Notes: generated by a model not told the origin, from the sequence alone. A stretch of DNA of 64,000 bases from Vulcanimicrobiota bacterium (GCA_963733295.1 CAVTCS010000003.1:1248001-1312000), one strand, 5' to 3'. Positions 31,681 through 42,793 are shown, counted from the stretch's first letter. Numbers and translations: made by a program.

Positions 31681-33057
31681 TTAGTCGACGCGCGCTGGAC
31701 GAACCGGGAACGAGGCCACGAATTCGCTTCCGCTGCCGAGGCGGCTCACGACGGTCACGTCGCCGCCGTGACGACGAGCGAGCGCGCGCGCGATCGCCAA
31801 TCCGAGTCCCGATCCTCCCTGCGACCGAGCTACGTCGACACGCCAAAAGCGGTCGAAAATTCGCTCGAGGTGCTCTGCTGCAATGCCGATTCCGGAGTCG
31901 CGAACGACTATCACGGTCTCGGTTCGACTGCGTTCACCTTCGACCGAAACTCGTCCGCCGCGCGGCGTGTAGCGTAACGCATTCTCGAGCAGGTTGGCGA
32001 GGATCCGCTCGACCTGACCAGGATTGCCGTACACGATCGCCGACTTTTCGGTCGCGATGTCGAGTCTGACGCCCGCCTCCGAGAATTGCGGGCGGTAGCG
32101 ATCGCCGAGTTTCTGTAATATCGCGGCGAGATCGACCACGAACAGCTCGCGTTCGAGCGAACGGTCCGCTCCGGCGAGTAAGAGGAGGTCGCTCGTTAGA
32201 CGCGACATCTGCTTGACCCCATCGCTAATGGCTTCGAAGCGCGAGCGGTCGTGGAGCGGATCCCGCTCCGTGTCGCGCAGCGCCGCATCGGCGGTAGCGG
32301 CGATAGCCGTTAGGGGTCCCCGCAACTCGTGGGCTGCATCGGCGGTGAATTCACGCAGCGTTTGGAAACTCTGTGCGGCCGGCTTCACGGCCCGATGGAC
32401 GAGCGCGCGGCCGCCCACGGCGCTCCCGACTACTGCAAGCAGCGTGCCGATCAAGAGACCCGTATCGAGATACCGGATGTCCGCCAGTTCCTGTTTGTTC
32501 AACTCGCTGGCCCGAACCATGCCGACGCGTAAATTCCTCTGCGGGTCGAGAATTGGAATCGTGACGGTGTTGAACGTTTGCTGTCCGACCGAGAGTTGGC
32601 GGCGACCCTCGACCAGCAAGGTGTCGATTTCCGGAACGAGACCCTCGGCGCCCACGAGCCGGCCGCGGTCATCGAACCATTGCAGCCCCTGTTCCCGAGT
32701 TAAGAGGGCGACGTTCGATATCTCAGTCTTGTCAATCGCTAGGCTATTGCCACCGTACAGGACGCTTCGAAGGCCGGCCCGCGCGATTCCCTGAAGCCGC
32801 GTATCCGTTTGCTGGTCGAGGATAGCGACGAAGGTGAATCGTACGGCTAGGGCGGCGAGCAAGAAAATCGCGGCAAATGCCGCGAGGTACGAAAGCAACA
32901 GCCGCCGCTCGAGTGCGAGTGGAGTCGTTTCGGCCTCACGAACTGAAATCTGCGAGCCTGTACCCGACTCCGTACACGTTTTCGATCGGGTCGTGGAGTC
33001 CGCCCACGGCTCGGAACTTGCGGCGGATGTTGGTGATGTGCGTTTTGATGGCGTCAT
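31681..33057 (-). CDS. Sensor histidine kinase
   Basis: Two TMs plus DAAHELRGPL (H box), NLLENALRY, DSGIG and GSGLGL. The true start is probably near 32950 or later. Confidence 0.92.
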   Translation of the reverse strand: MTPSKRTSPTSAASSEPWADSTTRSKTCTESGTGSQISVREAETTPLALERRLLLSYLAAFAAIFLLAALAVRFTFVAILDQQTDTRLQGIARAGLRSVLYGGNSLAIDKTEISNVALLTREQGLQWFDDRGRLVGAEGLVPEIDTLLVEGRRQLSVGQQTFNTVTIPILDPQRNLRVGMVRASELNKQELADIRYLDTGLLIGTLLAVVGSAVGGRALVHRAVKPAAQSFQTLREFTADAAHELRGPLTAIAATADAALRDTERDPLHDRSRFEAISDGVKQMSRLTSDLLLLAGADRSLERELFVVDLAAILQKLGDRYRPQFSEAGVRLDIATEKSAIVYGNPGQVERILANLLENALRYTPRGGRVSVEGERSRTETVIVVRDSGIGIAAEHLERIFDRFWRVDVARSQGGSGLGLAIARALARRHGGDVTVVSRLGSGSEFVASFPVRPARVD

Positions 33058-33616
33058 GCTCGGAAACGTCGCTGAATCCCGCGACCTTGTTGTGCAACAT
33101 TCCGCGACTGAAGACTTGAAGCGGGCTGCGCATAAGCGTTTCGAGAATCGTGTACTCGGTTCCGGTGAGCGGTACCGTTGCGCCGTTGCAAGTGACCAAG
33201 CTACGGCTTGGATCGAGCCGAAGTTCGCCGTGTTCGAGAACCGGTTCTTGCGGCACGCGCTGCCGCCGGGAAAGGGCTCGAATGCGCGCGGAAACCTCGG
33301 CTAAATCGAACGGCTTCACCAGATAGTCGTCGGCGCCCGTATCGAGCGCACCCACCTTGTCGCCGACTTCGTCGCGCGCGGTGATCATCAAGATGAGCGC
33401 CTTGGATTTCTCGGCACGCAGCCGGCGACACAACTCCAATCCGTCGAGCCCCGGCAAGAGGATGTCCAGTAAGATGACGTCGTGCACTTCGGTGCGAGCG
33501 AAATCGAGACCGGTGAGACCGTCCTCGGCGACGTCGACGGCATGGTGCTGCCGGCGCAGATCATCGGCCAACGATTGATGGATCCGTGCATCGTCTTCAA
33601 CGATCAAGATGCGCAT
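32936..33616 (-). CDS. OmpR/PhoB family response regulator
   Basis: MRILIVEDD, LLDILLP, GADDYLVKPF and C-terminal wHTH ending YGVGYR. Confidence 0.95.
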   Translation of the reverse strand: MRILIVEDDARIHQSLADDLRRQHHAVDVAEDGLTGLDFARTEVHDVILLDILLPGLDGLELCRRLRAEKSKALILMITARDEVGDKVGALDTGADDYLVKPFDLAEVSARIRALSRRQRVPQEPVLEHGELRLDPSRSLVTCNGATVPLTGTEYTILETLMRSPLQVFSRGMLHNKVAGFSDVSEHDAIKTHITNIRRKFRAVGGLHDPIENVYGVGYRLADFSS

Positions 33617-33670
33617 GAGAAACGAACTTGCTGTTCTCGGCCGTTGCCCGCATTCCCCGCGCCCGATCGA

Positions 33671-33704
33671 TCTTCACGATTTCTTTACTCTCGAGTCGTA
33701 CAGT
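33671..33704 (+). promoter_or_regulatory. Direct-repeat regulator box plus -10 element
   Basis: TCTTCAC-GATT-TCTTTAC-10 nt-TACAGT, same geometry as 31636-31669. Confidence 0.75.
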
Positions 33705-33753
33705 CTCTCTGTGATCGAGGTGACCGATAACCTCGTCGCGACGAAGGAGCACT

Positions 33754-34041
33754 ATGGCGCTACGGAAACTCATGATCGAGCGCGCAACTCCACAAGCCGG
33801 TTCGTTCGACCGCGAGCAGCTGCGAGGGACGGTTGCAAATGCGAATGAGGTGCTGCGGCGGGTCGGACCGGATATTCAGTGGCTCGAGGCGTACGTCGCG
33901 AACGATAAGACGTTCTGCGTTTACCTCGCCAAAGACGAATCCACTATCCGCAAGCATGCGGAGATCGGCGACTCACCGGCGACGACGCTCGCCGAAGTCC
34001 GTAAGATAATCGATCCGACGATCGAGGACTCCGACGCGTAA
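33754..34041 (+). CDS. DUF4242 family protein
   Basis: IER...IQWLEAYV..DKTFCVYLA.DE..IRKHA pattern. AAGGAG SD. Confidence 0.82.
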   Translation: MALRKLMIERATPQAGSFDREQLRGTVANANEVLRRVGPDIQWLEAYVANDKTFCVYLAKDESTIRKHAEIGDSPATTLAEVRKIIDPTIEDSDA

Positions 34042-34069
34042 GCGCGCCGCTGCGCGGTATACGGCCGAC

Positions 34070-34102
34070 AAAAAGGCCCCGGTCGTACCCCCGGGGCCTT
34101 TT
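34070..34102. terminator. Bidirectional intrinsic terminator (rpoC and DUF4242 gene)
   Basis: AAAAAGGCCCCGG-loop-CCGGGGCCTTTT. Confidence 0.88.
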
Positions 34103-34115
34103 CTATGTGGCGCGC

Positions 34116-37100
34116 TTACAGATCTTCGGGGTTGATGCCCTTCTTGACGTACTGCGTGCTCTTGGGCGGAGCCACGACCGCGACGTCGGTGCCGTACTCT
34201 CCCTCGTAGTGGACGGTCTGTTCGAGGGGCGGGCGGCGATCCTGGAAGCCGCTGACCAGTTTCGAACCGTACACGAGAGGTTCCGGTTCCATTTCGTAGT
34301 CGGCCGGATCGAAGATCGCGCTCTTGGGACGGCCGTCCTCATCGAGATCCTGCCCTTCCGGTTCGATCGTCACGTTGCGATAGCGTGACATGCCCGTACC
34401 GGCCGGGATCAACTTTCCGATGATCACGTTTTCCTTGAGCCCGAGCAGCGGGTCGTGCTTTCCTTTGATCGCCGCGTCGGTCAGCACGCGCGTCGTCTCT
34501 TGGAAGCTGGCTGCCGACAGGAACGATTCGGTCGCAAGCGAGGCCTTCGTCACACCGAGCAAGACGGGCTTGCCTTCAGCGATCTTCTTGCCCTCCGCCG
34601 ACTGCTTCTCGTTCTCTTCACCGAAGATCGAGGATTCGATCAGCTGACCGGGCAGCATTCGCGTGTCGCCGCCGTCGACGATCTTGACCTTGCGCAACAT
34701 CGAGCGGACGATCGTTTCGATGTGCTTGTCGTTGATGTCGACGCCTTGCGAGCGGTAGACCTTTTGCACTTCCTGCACGAGGTACTGTTGGAGGGCGTTC
34801 TCGCCTTTGTACTCGAGGATCTCGTGCGGGTCGAGCGAGCCTTCGTTGAGCTGATCGCCGGCTTCGACCTTTTGAGCGTCGGCGATCATCAAGTGGGTAT
34901 TGTGCGGCACGTCGTACTCGTGCGCCTCACCGTGCGAATCGGTGACCGTGACGATCCGTTTGGACTTCTCGTCGCGGATGCTGACCGTGCCGGCGACGGT
35001 CGAGATCGTCGCCTTGCCCTTAGGCTTGCGCGCCTCGAAGATTTCCTCGACGCGCGGCAGACCCGTGATGATGTCCTCGGTCGCCACGCCGCCCGTGTGG
35101 AACGTGCGCAGCGTCAGCTGCGTACCCGGCTCGCCGATCGATTGCGCCGCGATGATCCCGACCGCCTCGCCGATGTCGACGCGTTTGCCGGTGGCGAGGT
35201 TACGCCCATAGCACATCGCGCAGACGCCGTACTTCGCTTGGCAGGTAAGGACCGAGCGGATCTTGACCGTCTTGATTCCCGCGTCGACGATCGCCTTAGC
35301 CTTCTCTTCGTCGATCTCTTCATCGCGCGAAACGAGCTTGGTCTTCGGTTTGGCGGGGTCTTTGACGTCCTCGGCCGCACGCCGCCCCACGATCCGGTCG
35401 TAGAGGGGCTCGATGATCTCTTTGCCGACCGCAATGTCGTGGACGGTGATCCCGTGCGTGGTTCCGCAGTCGTCTTCGCGTACGATGACGTCCTGAGCCA
35501 CGTCCACCAGACGGCGAGTCAGGTAGCCCGAGTCCGCGGTGCGCAACGCCGTGTCGGCCAGACCCTTACGCGCGCCGTGCGTCGAGATGAAGTATTCGAG
35601 GACCGTCAGGCCTTCTTTGAGCGAGGCCTTGACCGGAATCTCGAGGATCCGCCCCGACGGATCGGACATGAGACCGCGCATGCCGCCGAGCTGCTTGACT
35701 TGCGAGATCGAGCCGCGTGCGCCCGAGGTTGCCATCATGAAGACCGGGTTCATCGGGTTCTGCGCGGCCTGCATGGCAGCCGTGACGTCTTCCGACGCCT
35801 TCGACCAGATCTCGATCGTCTTGTTGTACTGCTCGTCGTCGTTGATGAAGCCTTGCTCGAAGTAATCTTGGAGCTTGTCGACCTGGTCCTGTGCCGTGTC
35901 GAGGATCTCGTACTTTTCTTGCGGCACGACGATGTCGCTGATCGAGACCGTCGTTCCCGAACGGGTCGCGTACCGGAAACCCAGCGCCTTGATCGCGTCG
36001 AGAAACTCCGCGGTCTCGGCGTTGCCGTGGCGGCGGTAGCACTCGGTGATCAGCTTGCGCAGGGCCGACTTGTCGATGATGTGGTTACGGAACGGCTCGT
36101 TCCATCCGGCCGGGAAGGCCTCGTTGAAGATCACCCGTCCGACGGTCGTGCGAATCAGCTCGCCGCGGACTCGGACGCGAATCCACTCCTGCAGTTCGAT
36201 GACGTCATGCTCGTAGGCCGTGATCGCCGAGGTAGGATTCTCGAATGCGCGCAGCCGTTCGGCCTCGGGCGTTCCATCTGCGTCGGCCGGTTTCTTGACC
36301 TTCGCCTTGCCGTTGGTCGGGGAAAGCATCGTTTCAACCGGCACGCTGAAGTCCTCGGGAATCGCACCCTTGGCCGGACCGCGATACTCGTCGCGCTGGA
36401 ACGTGAGGTAATAGAGCCCCAGAACCATGTCCTGGGTCGGAATCGAAACCGGCTGACCGAAGCTCGGCTGCAAGATGTTGTTGGACGACAGCATCAGGAT
36501 GCGCGCTTCGGCTTGCGCTCCGGCCGAAAGCGGAAGGTGGACTGCCATCTGATCGCCGTCGAAGTCCGCATTGTACGGCGTGCAGACGAGCGGATGGAGG
36601 TGAATCGCCTTGCCCTCGACCAGCACGGGCTCGAAAGCTTGAATGCCGAGGCGGTGCAGCGTCGGAGCGCGGTTGAGGAGAACCGGATGCTCGCGAATCA
36701 CTTCGTCGAGTACGTCCCAAACCTCGGGACGCACCCGCTCGACCATGCGCTTCGCACTCTTGATGTTGTGCGCTTGACCGTGGTCGACCAGCTTCTTCAT
36801 CACGAAAGGCTTGAAGAGCTCGAGCGCCATTTCTTTGGGCAGACCGCACTGATGAAGCTTGAGATTCGGTCCGACGACGATGACCGAGCGGCCCGAGTAG
36901 TCGACGCGCTTGCCCAGCAGGTTCTGACGGAAGCGGCCTTGCTTGCCCTTGAGGATGTCCGAAAGCGATTTCAGAGGCCGATTGTTCGGCCCCGTGACGG
37001 GCCGTCCGCGCCGGCCATTGTCGATCAGCGCGTCGACCGCCTCTTGCAGCATGCGCTTCTCGTTCTTGATGATGATCTCGGGGGCGGAGAGCTCGAGCAG

Positions 37101-37916
37101 GCGCTTGAGGCGGTTGTTGCGATTGATGACGCGGCGGTAGAGGTCGTTGAGATCGGAAGTCGCAAAGCGGCCGCCGTCGAGCTGTACCATCGGACGCAGT
37201 TCCGGCGCGATGACCGGTACGGCCGAAAGGATCATCCACTCCGGCTTGTTGCCTGAGTTGAGAAACGCTTCGACGACCTCGAGGCGCTTGATCGCCTTGA
37301 TCCGTTTCTGGCCGGTGACTTCCTTGAACTCTTTGCGCAGCTCTTCTTGGAGCTTGCGCAGGTTCAGGTCGCGCAGCAACTCGCGGATCGCTTCGGCGCC
37401 CATCCCCGCTTTGAAGGCGTTCCCGTACTTGTCGCGAGCTTCGCGATATTTCTGCTCGGTCAGGATCTCGCGCTTGGTCAGCGTCGTGTTGCCCGGATCG
37501 ATGACGATATAGGCGGCGAAGTAGATGACCTTCTCGAGCTGACGCGGCGACATGTCCAGCAGGATGCCGATGCGCGACGGCACGCCCTTGAAGTACCAGA
37601 TGTGCGTCACGGGCGTCGCGAGTTCGATGTGGCCCATCCGCTCGCGCCGCACTTTGGCGCGCGTGATCTCGACGCCGCAGCGATCGCAGATCATCCCTTT
37701 GAAGCGAATGCGCTTGTATTTACCGCAGTGGCATTCCCAATCTTTGGTGGGTCCGAAAATCTTCTCGCAAAATAAACCGTCGCGCTCGGGCTTGAGCGTG
37801 CGATAGTTAATCGTTTCGGGTTTCTTCACCTCACCGAACGACCAGGCGCGGATCTGTTCGGGGCTGGCGAGACCGATGCGCATCGCATCGAAATTATTGA
37901 CGTCGAGAAGATTCAT
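34116..37916 (-). CDS. rpoC: RNA polymerase beta' subunit
   Basis: KPETINYRT, zinc-finger Cys residues, NADFDGDQM and SAASFQET motifs. Confidence 0.99.
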   Translation of the reverse strand: MNLLDVNNFDAMRIGLASPEQIRAWSFGEVKKPETINYRTLKPERDGLFCEKIFGPTKDWECHCGKYKRIRFKGMICDRCGVEITRAKVRRERMGHIELATPVTHIWYFKGVPSRIGILLDMSPRQLEKVIYFAAYIVIDPGNTTLTKREILTEQKYREARDKYGNAFKAGMGAEAIRELLRDLNLRKLQEELRKEFKEVTGQKRIKAIKRLEVVEAFLNSGNKPEWMILSAVPVIAPELRPMVQLDGGRFATSDLNDLYRRVINRNNRLKRLLELSAPEIIIKNEKRMLQEAVDALIDNGRRGRPVTGPNNRPLKSLSDILKGKQGRFRQNLLGKRVDYSGRSVIVVGPNLKLHQCGLPKEMALELFKPFVMKKLVDHGQAHNIKSAKRMVERVRPEVWDVLDEVIREHPVLLNRAPTLHRLGIQAFEPVLVEGKAIHLHPLVCTPYNADFDGDQMAVHLPLSAGAQAEARILMLSSNNILQPSFGQPVSIPTQDMVLGLYYLTFQRDEYRGPAKGAIPEDFSVPVETMLSPTNGKAKVKKPADADGTPEAERLRAFENPTSAITAYEHDVIELQEWIRVRVRGELIRTTVGRVIFNEAFPAGWNEPFRNHIIDKSALRKLITECYRRHGNAETAEFLDAIKALGFRYATRSGTTVSISDIVVPQEKYEILDTAQDQVDKLQDYFEQGFINDDEQYNKTIEIWSKASEDVTAAMQAAQNPMNPVFMMATSGARGSISQVKQLGGMRGLMSDPSGRILEIPVKASLKEGLTVLEYFISTHGARKGLADTALRTADSGYLTRRLVDVAQDVIVREDDCGTTHGITVHDIAVGKEIIEPLYDRIVGRRAAEDVKDPAKPKTKLVSRDEEIDEEKAKAIVDAGIKTVKIRSVLTCQAKYGVCAMCYGRNLATGKRVDIGEAVGIIAAQSIGEPGTQLTLRTFHTGGVATEDIITGLPRVEEIFEARKPKGKATISTVAGTVSIRDEKSKRIVTVTDSHGEAHEYDVPHNTHLMIADAQKVEAGDQLNEGSLDPHEILEYKGENALQQYLVQEVQKVYRSQGVDINDKHIETIVRSMLRKVKIVDGGDTRMLPGQLIESSIFGEENEKQSAEGKKIAEGKPVLLGVTKASLATESFLSAASFQETTRVLTDAAIKGKHDPLLGLKENVIIGKLIPAGTGMSRYRNVTIEPEGQDLDEDGRPKSAIFDPADYEMEPEPLVYGSKLVSGFQDRRPPLEQTVHYEGEYGTDVAVVAPPKSTQYVKKGINPEDL

Positions 37917-38021
37917 TCAGTCCTCATGCCGGGGCTCGCGGACGGACGGACAAAACACAAGCAGGGCTCGACGTCCGTCGCTCCCTGAAATCCGTCTATC
38001 GGCCGCGGGGCATAGGCGGTT

Positions 38022-38050
38022 ATTGTACTGCGTCCTCGCAAGGCCGTCAA
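38022..38050 (-). promoter_or_regulatory. Sigma70-type promoter upstream of rpoC
   Basis: TTGACG-17 nt-TACAAT. Confidence 0.8.
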
Positions 38051-38073
38051 GCTTCTCCGCGGGAGCTATAAGC

Positions 38074-38142
38074 GCCAAGTAGAGATGTCCCCGGCTCGGC
38101 CAAGTAGAGATGTCCCCGGCTCGGCCAAGTACAGATGTCCCC
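38074..38142. repeat. 25-bp tandem repeat, two full copies plus one partial
   Basis: GCCAAGTAGAGATGTCCCCGGCTCG at 38074 and 38099, then GCCAAGTACAGATGTCCCC at 38124. Confidence 0.92.
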
Positions 38143-38173
38143 TCGCGGGGACACGTGGCGTGTTTGGCCACGT

Positions 38174-38713
38174 TCACGGATTAGAGACCGGCGGTTCAAA
38201 CGAGCCGCCCGTCGGGCAGACGTTCACAGTAAAGGTCAGCACCTTGGCGGGTGGGGCGCTCTTCCAAGGCCTCGCATATTGCATGACGATATGGGTGGGA
38301 CCGCGGCCATAGCTCGGCGTCATGAGGAACACGAACATCTCCTCGCCGGCAGTTCCCAGCCTGCCGGCGCCTCTGCTCGGCGCCCTATATGCAGTCCCGA
38401 GAAGCACCTCGGTCGGAGGAATCGGCGTCACCGTTGGCTGCGGGACCGCACCTGCCGCGGTAGTCGCGAAGGGGTGAGCACCTTCCGGCCATACCGAGGG
38501 CGTCCGGTACGACCAACGGTAGCCGGTGCCGGGTGTGGTCGGTAACACCAGAAGGATGAGCCGTCCGGCGGTCGTTGTGAGGACCGTTTGCTCAGGCGAT
38601 CCGGCGGTCGGCGCAACGTTGCCATAGGCCGGCGCCGGCACGCGCAGGCACGGATTCGCAGGACTGGACTGCGCGGCGGCCGGCGGGCGAAAGAGCGCTG
38701 CAATCAGCAGCAC
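38174..38713 (-). CDS. Secreted chagasin-like (I42) cysteine-protease inhibitor domain protein
   Basis: LPTTPGTGYRW, LGTAG and YARPW match the three chagasin loops (NPTTGYxW, GxGG, RPW). Hydrophobic N-terminus. Confidence 0.7.
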   Translation of the reverse strand: MLLIAALFRPPAAAQSSPANPCLRVPAPAYGNVAPTAGSPEQTVLTTTAGRLILLVLPTTPGTGYRWSYRTPSVWPEGAHPFATTAAGAVPQPTVTPIPPTEVLLGTAYRAPSRGAGRLGTAGEEMFVFLMTPSYGRGPTHIVMQYARPWKSAPPAKVLTFTVNVCPTGGSFEPPVSNP

Positions 38714-38741
38714 GGCGATTCCGTCCGGCAGCCGAGTTCGC

Positions 38742-41700
38742 CTAGTAGTCGTCCTCGACGCCCAGCGGGGTTTCTTCGTCGTCGTCGTCGGGTTCGGGTT
38801 CTTCCTCTTCTTCTTCGAGGACGTAACCTTCGTCGACGTCGTCCTCTTCGGCGACGACCGCTTCTTCCTCGAGCACTTCTTCGGTCAGCTCGTCGGGCAA
38901 ACCGGCGATCCGCCCGAGTCCGCCTTCCTCGAGATCCGGTGAGGCGGGGATGATGCTGCGCGGCGAGACCGTTGCGGCGGCGACTTCCTCATCGCTCGCT
39001 TCAGCTTCCTCATCCTCCTCGGCTTCTTCGTCGGACTCAGCGATCTCGGCGGCGAGGCCGCTTAGACCCGCGACCGCTTCGGCCGCGCGGAGCTGCTCGG
39101 CTTCGCGTTGCGCCGCGACCGTTTGCGCGAGACGCGGATCCTCGTCGCCGACGAGGAGGCCGATGTCCTTGGCGGTCTCGGTCATGTCGTCGTCTTGGAT
39201 CTTGATCTCGATCTCTTCGCGGTTCTCGGTCAGCACCTTGACGTCGAGCGCCAACGATTGGAGTTCCTTGATGAGGACTTTGAACGATTCGGGAACGCCC
39301 GGCTCCATGACGTTCTCGCCCTTCACGATCGCTTCGTACGTCTTGACGCGACCGACGACATCGTCGGACTTCACGGTCAAGAGTTCTTGCAGTGTGTAGG
39401 CCGCGCCGTAGGCTTCCAGCGCCCAGACTTCCATTTCGCCGAACCGCTGTCCGCCGAACTGCGCTTTTCCGCCCAGCGGCTGCTGAGTGATCATCGAGTA
39501 CGGACCGGTCGAACGCGCGTGAATCTTGTCGTCGACGAGGTGCGCGAGCTTGAGCATGTAGATCATGCCGACCGTAATCGGACGGCCGAAGCGGTCGCCG
39601 GTGCGGCCGTCGCGCAGCCAGGTTTTACCGTCGGCCGGCAAACCCGCATCCTGCAACCACTCGGCGATGTCTTCGGCGTGCGCGCCGTCGAACACCGGGG
39701 TCGCGATCTGCATTCCCAGCATCTGCGCGGCCCAGCCCAAGTGCGTTTCCATGATCTGTCCGAGGTTCATGCGCGAGGGCACGCCCAGCGGGTTCAGCAC
39801 GATGTCGACCGGAGTGCCGTCTTCCATATACGGCATGTCTTCTTCGGGTAGAACCTTGGCGATAACGCCCTTGTTCCCGTGACGCCCTGCCATCTTGTCG
39901 CCTTGCAGAATCTTTCGTTTCTGGGCGACGTAGACGCGCACGAGATGGCTCACGCCCGGCGACAGCTCGTCGCCGTTGTCGCGCGAGAACATCTTGACGT
40001 CGATGATCTTGCCCTTTTCGCCGTGCGGAACTTTCAGCGAGGTGTCGCGCACTTCGCGCGACTTCTCACCGAAGATCGCGCGCAGCAGGCGCTCTTCAGC
40101 CGTCAGCTCGGTCTCGCCCTTGGGCGTCACCTTGCCGACGAGGATGTCTTCGGGGCGAACCTCGGCGCCGATACGAATGATCCCGTTCTCGTCGAGATCC
40201 TTGAGCGCGTCTTCACCGACGTTGGGAATGTCGCGCGTGATCTCTTCGGGTCCGAGTTTGGTGTCGCGCGCTTCGCACTCGTACTCCTCGATGTGGATCG
40301 AGGTGAAGCGATCGTCCTTGACCATGCGCTCCGAGATGAGGATCGCGTCTTCGTAGTTGTAGCCTTCCCAGGGCATGAACGCGACCATGACGTTTTGGCC
40401 GAGGGCCATCTCGCCTTGTTCGGAGCTCGGGCCGTCGGCCAGAATCTGGCCGCGCACGACCCGGTCGCCGCGCTGCACGATCGGCGTCTGGTTGATGCAC
40501 GTGCCCGCGTTGGAGCGGGTGAACTTCAGCAACTCGTACGACTTCTCGAGCCCGGTCTCGTCGCTCTTGACGACCACCGCACGGGCATCAACGTCGGTTA
40601 CTTCACCGGCCTCTTCGGCCAAAACGCAACCACCGGAATCCTTGGCCGCGCGGTATTCCATACCCGTGCCGATGATCGGCGCCTGCGGACGCAGCAGCGG
40701 CACGGCCTGGCGCTGCATGTTTGCGCCCATCAAAGCGCGATTCGCGTCGTCGTGCTCGAGGAACGGAATCAGCGCGGTGGCCACCGAGACGATCTGCTTC
40801 GGCGAGACGTCCATGAGCTGCACGCGCGATGGCGGTTCGGTGACGTACTCCTCGGCGTAACGCGCGACGGCTTGCTCGGCGCTGATCCGTCCGTCCGAGT
40901 CGAGCGGCGTGTTGGCTTGCGCGATGATGTATTCGTCTTCGCGATCGGCGGTCAGGTAGCGGATCTCGTTCGAGACGACCCCGTCGTACACGACGCGATA
41001 GGGCGTCTCGATGAAGCCGTACTTGTTGACGCGCGCGAAGGTCGCGAGCGACCCGATCAGACCGATGTTCGGGCCTTCAGGCGTTTCGATCGGACAGATG
41101 CGGCCGTAGTGCGAGTGGTGGACGTCGCGAACTTCGAAGCCGGCGCGCTCGCGCGAAAGACCGCCCGGCCCGAGGGCCGAGAGGCGGCGCTTGTGCGTCA
41201 GTTCGGCCAGCGAGTTCGTCTGGTCCATGAACTGCGAGAGCTGGCTCGATCCGAAGAATTCCTTGATCGCGGCGACGACCGGACGGATATTGATCAGCGC
41301 TTGTGGCGTGACGGTCTCGATGTCCTGAACCGTCATGCGCTCGCGCACGACGCGCTCGAGGCGCAGCAACCCGACGCGGAACTGATTTTGCAGCAGCTCG
41401 CCGACCGAGCGAATGCGCCGGTTTCCGAGATGGTCGATGTCGTCGATGTGCACTTGCTTCGTCGCGACCTTGATCAGGCGGCGGATGACCGCGATCATGT
41501 CCTCGCGCACGAGGCACTTCTTGTCGATGGGCGGAATCCGGAGTCCCGCGGCGTTGTACTCGCGCTCGAGCTTGCCCGAGAGCTTGTAGCGTCCCACGCC
41601 GGCGAGGTCGTAGCGCTTCTCGTCGAAGAAGAGCGACTCGATCAGCTTTTCGGCGTTTTCGGCGTTCTCGGGCTCGCCTGGACGAAGCTTCTTGTAGATC

Positions 41701-42614
41701 TCTTTGAGCGCGTCCTCGCGAGTCTTGACGTCCTTGTCTTTTTCGAGACAGTTGACGATCAGGGGGCTGTTGTCGAACAACGCCAAGATCGCTCCGTCGC
41801 TCTCCCAGTTGAAGCCGAGATCGGGGCGCGATAGCGCGCGAACGAAGGTCGTGACGTAGATTTTGCGGTTCTTATCGATGCGGACGCCGAGCGTACCCTC
41901 GGTTTCATCGTTCTTCGTGCCATTATCGGTTTCGAACTCGATCCATGCGCCGCGATTTGGAATGATCGTCGCATTATAGGTAGGCCGATTGTTCGTATCG
42001 ACGTCCTTAAGGAAGTAGACGCCGGGCGAGCGGACCAACTGGCTCACGATCACGCGCTCGGCGCCGTTGATCATGAACGTGCCTTTGTCGGTCATGAGCG
42101 GGAAGTCGCCCATGAAGATTTCCTGGTCGGGAATACCCTTGATTTCGCCCGACTCCGCGGTGATAAGACGAACGCGGACCCGCAGCGGAACGCTGTAGGT
42201 CATGTCGCGTTCGCGGCACTCCTCAACCGAGTACTTCGGTTCGCCGAGCGAGTGTTCGCCGAACTCGAGTACGAGGTTGCCCGTGAAATCTTTAATCGGC
42301 GAGATCGAGTCGAACGCTTCTTTGAGACCGTCGGTAATGAACCAGCGGAACGAAGCCTTTTGCAACTCGATGAGATCGGGGAGTTCGAGAACGTCCGCGA
42401 TCTTCGCGAAGCTGAAACGGGAACGTTTCGGACCGGGGTCCGCGTAGCGCTCGACCGTAAATGCTTGAGTTTCCGGCGAAAAACTCGAAGAAATCGGCGC
42501 GGGCGCGATCGATACCGCACCCTCCTCGCCTTTTCCCGAACGCTTCGCACGGGTCGCCTTCCCGGCAGGCGCCTTGCTAGATGCAGACGACTTGGGAAGC
42601 ATCGATTTCGCCAT
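38742..42614 (-). CDS. rpoB: RNA polymerase beta subunit
   Basis: [22 protein letters not shown] and GGQRFGEME motifs, with a long acidic C-terminal tail. Confidence 0.99.
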   Translation of the reverse strand: MAKSMLPKSSASSKAPAGKATRAKRSGKGEEGAVSIAPAPISSSFSPETQAFTVERYADPGPKRSRFSFAKIADVLELPDLIELQKASFRWFITDGLKEAFDSISPIKDFTGNLVLEFGEHSLGEPKYSVEECRERDMTYSVPLRVRVRLITAESGEIKGIPDQEIFMGDFPLMTDKGTFMINGAERVIVSQLVRSPGVYFLKDVDTNNRPTYNATIIPNRGAWIEFETDNGTKNDETEGTLGVRIDKNRKIYVTTFVRALSRPDLGFNWESDGAILALFDNSPLIVNCLEKDKDVKTREDALKEIYKKLRPGEPENAENAEKLIESLFFDEKRYDLAGVGRYKLSGKLEREYNAAGLRIPPIDKKCLVREDMIAVIRRLIKVATKQVHIDDIDHLGNRRIRSVGELLQNQFRVGLLRLERVVRERMTVQDIETVTPQALINIRPVVAAIKEFFGSSQLSQFMDQTNSLAELTHKRRLSALGPGGLSRERAGFEVRDVHHSHYGRICPIETPEGPNIGLIGSLATFARVNKYGFIETPYRVVYDGVVSNEIRYLTADREDEYIIAQANTPLDSDGRISAEQAVARYAEEYVTEPPSRVQLMDVSPKQIVSVATALIPFLEHDDANRALMGANMQRQAVPLLRPQAPIIGTGMEYRAAKDSGGCVLAEEAGEVTDVDARAVVVKSDETGLEKSYELLKFTRSNAGTCINQTPIVQRGDRVVRGQILADGPSSEQGEMALGQNVMVAFMPWEGYNYEDAILISERMVKDDRFTSIHIEEYECEARDTKLGPEEITRDIPNVGEDALKDLDENGIIRIGAEVRPEDILVGKVTPKGETELTAEERLLRAIFGEKSREVRDTSLKVPHGEKGKIIDVKMFSRDNGDELSPGVSHLVRVYVAQKRKILQGDKMAGRHGNKGVIAKVLPEEDMPYMEDGTPVDIVLNPLGVPSRMNLGQIMETHLGWAAQMLGMQIATPVFDGAHAEDIAEWLQDAGLPADGKTWLRDGRTGDRFGRPITVGMIYMLKLAHLVDDKIHARSTGPYSMITQQPLGGKAQFGGQRFGEMEVWALEAYGAAYTLQELLTVKSDDVVGRVKTYEAIVKGENVMEPGVPESFKVLIKELQSLALDVKVLTENREEIEIKIQDDDMTETAKDIGLLVGDEDPRLAQTVAAQREAEQLRAAEAVAGLSGLAAEIAESDEEAEEDEEAEASDEEVAAATVSPRSIIPASPDLEEGGLGRIAGLPDELTEEVLEEEAVVAEEDDVDEGYVLEEEEEEPEPDDDDEETPLGVEDDY

Positions 42615-42692
42615 TAATTCTTTTTTTTAACTCTCAAAAACGAAGCGCACAACGGGAAATGGACCCGGAGAACCCTCCGGGCACAGGCGGAC

Positions 42693-42721
42693 AGCATACC
42701 ACGCAGGTCGAGTCGCGTCAA
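42693..42721 (-). promoter_or_regulatory. Sigma70-type promoter upstream of rpoB
   Basis: TTGACG-17 nt-TATGCT. Confidence 0.75.
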
Positions 42722-42793
42722 GGCGCCCACGTCCCGTCCGGAGACGGGGCGGGGCGTCTAAATGCTTACTTGCCGGCTTGGTCGCCTAGCTAG

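Noticed and set aside
34455..37256. 933-aa plus-strand ORF (also 39879-41834, 13127-14248, 14781-15854, 15858-17060)
   Set aside because: These are antisense shadows of rpoC, rpoB, tuf and fusA, expected from high-GC codon bias. They show no recognisable motifs.
38074..38142. Possible mini-CRISPR array
   Set aside because: The repeats are directly adjacent with no unique spacers, and there are no cas genes in the window.
37917..38177. 86-aa ORF between the chagasin-like gene and rpoC
   Set aside because: It runs through the tandem repeats and the rpoC promoter and leader, with no protein-like features. It is not fully excluded, because its ATG overlaps the upstream stop.
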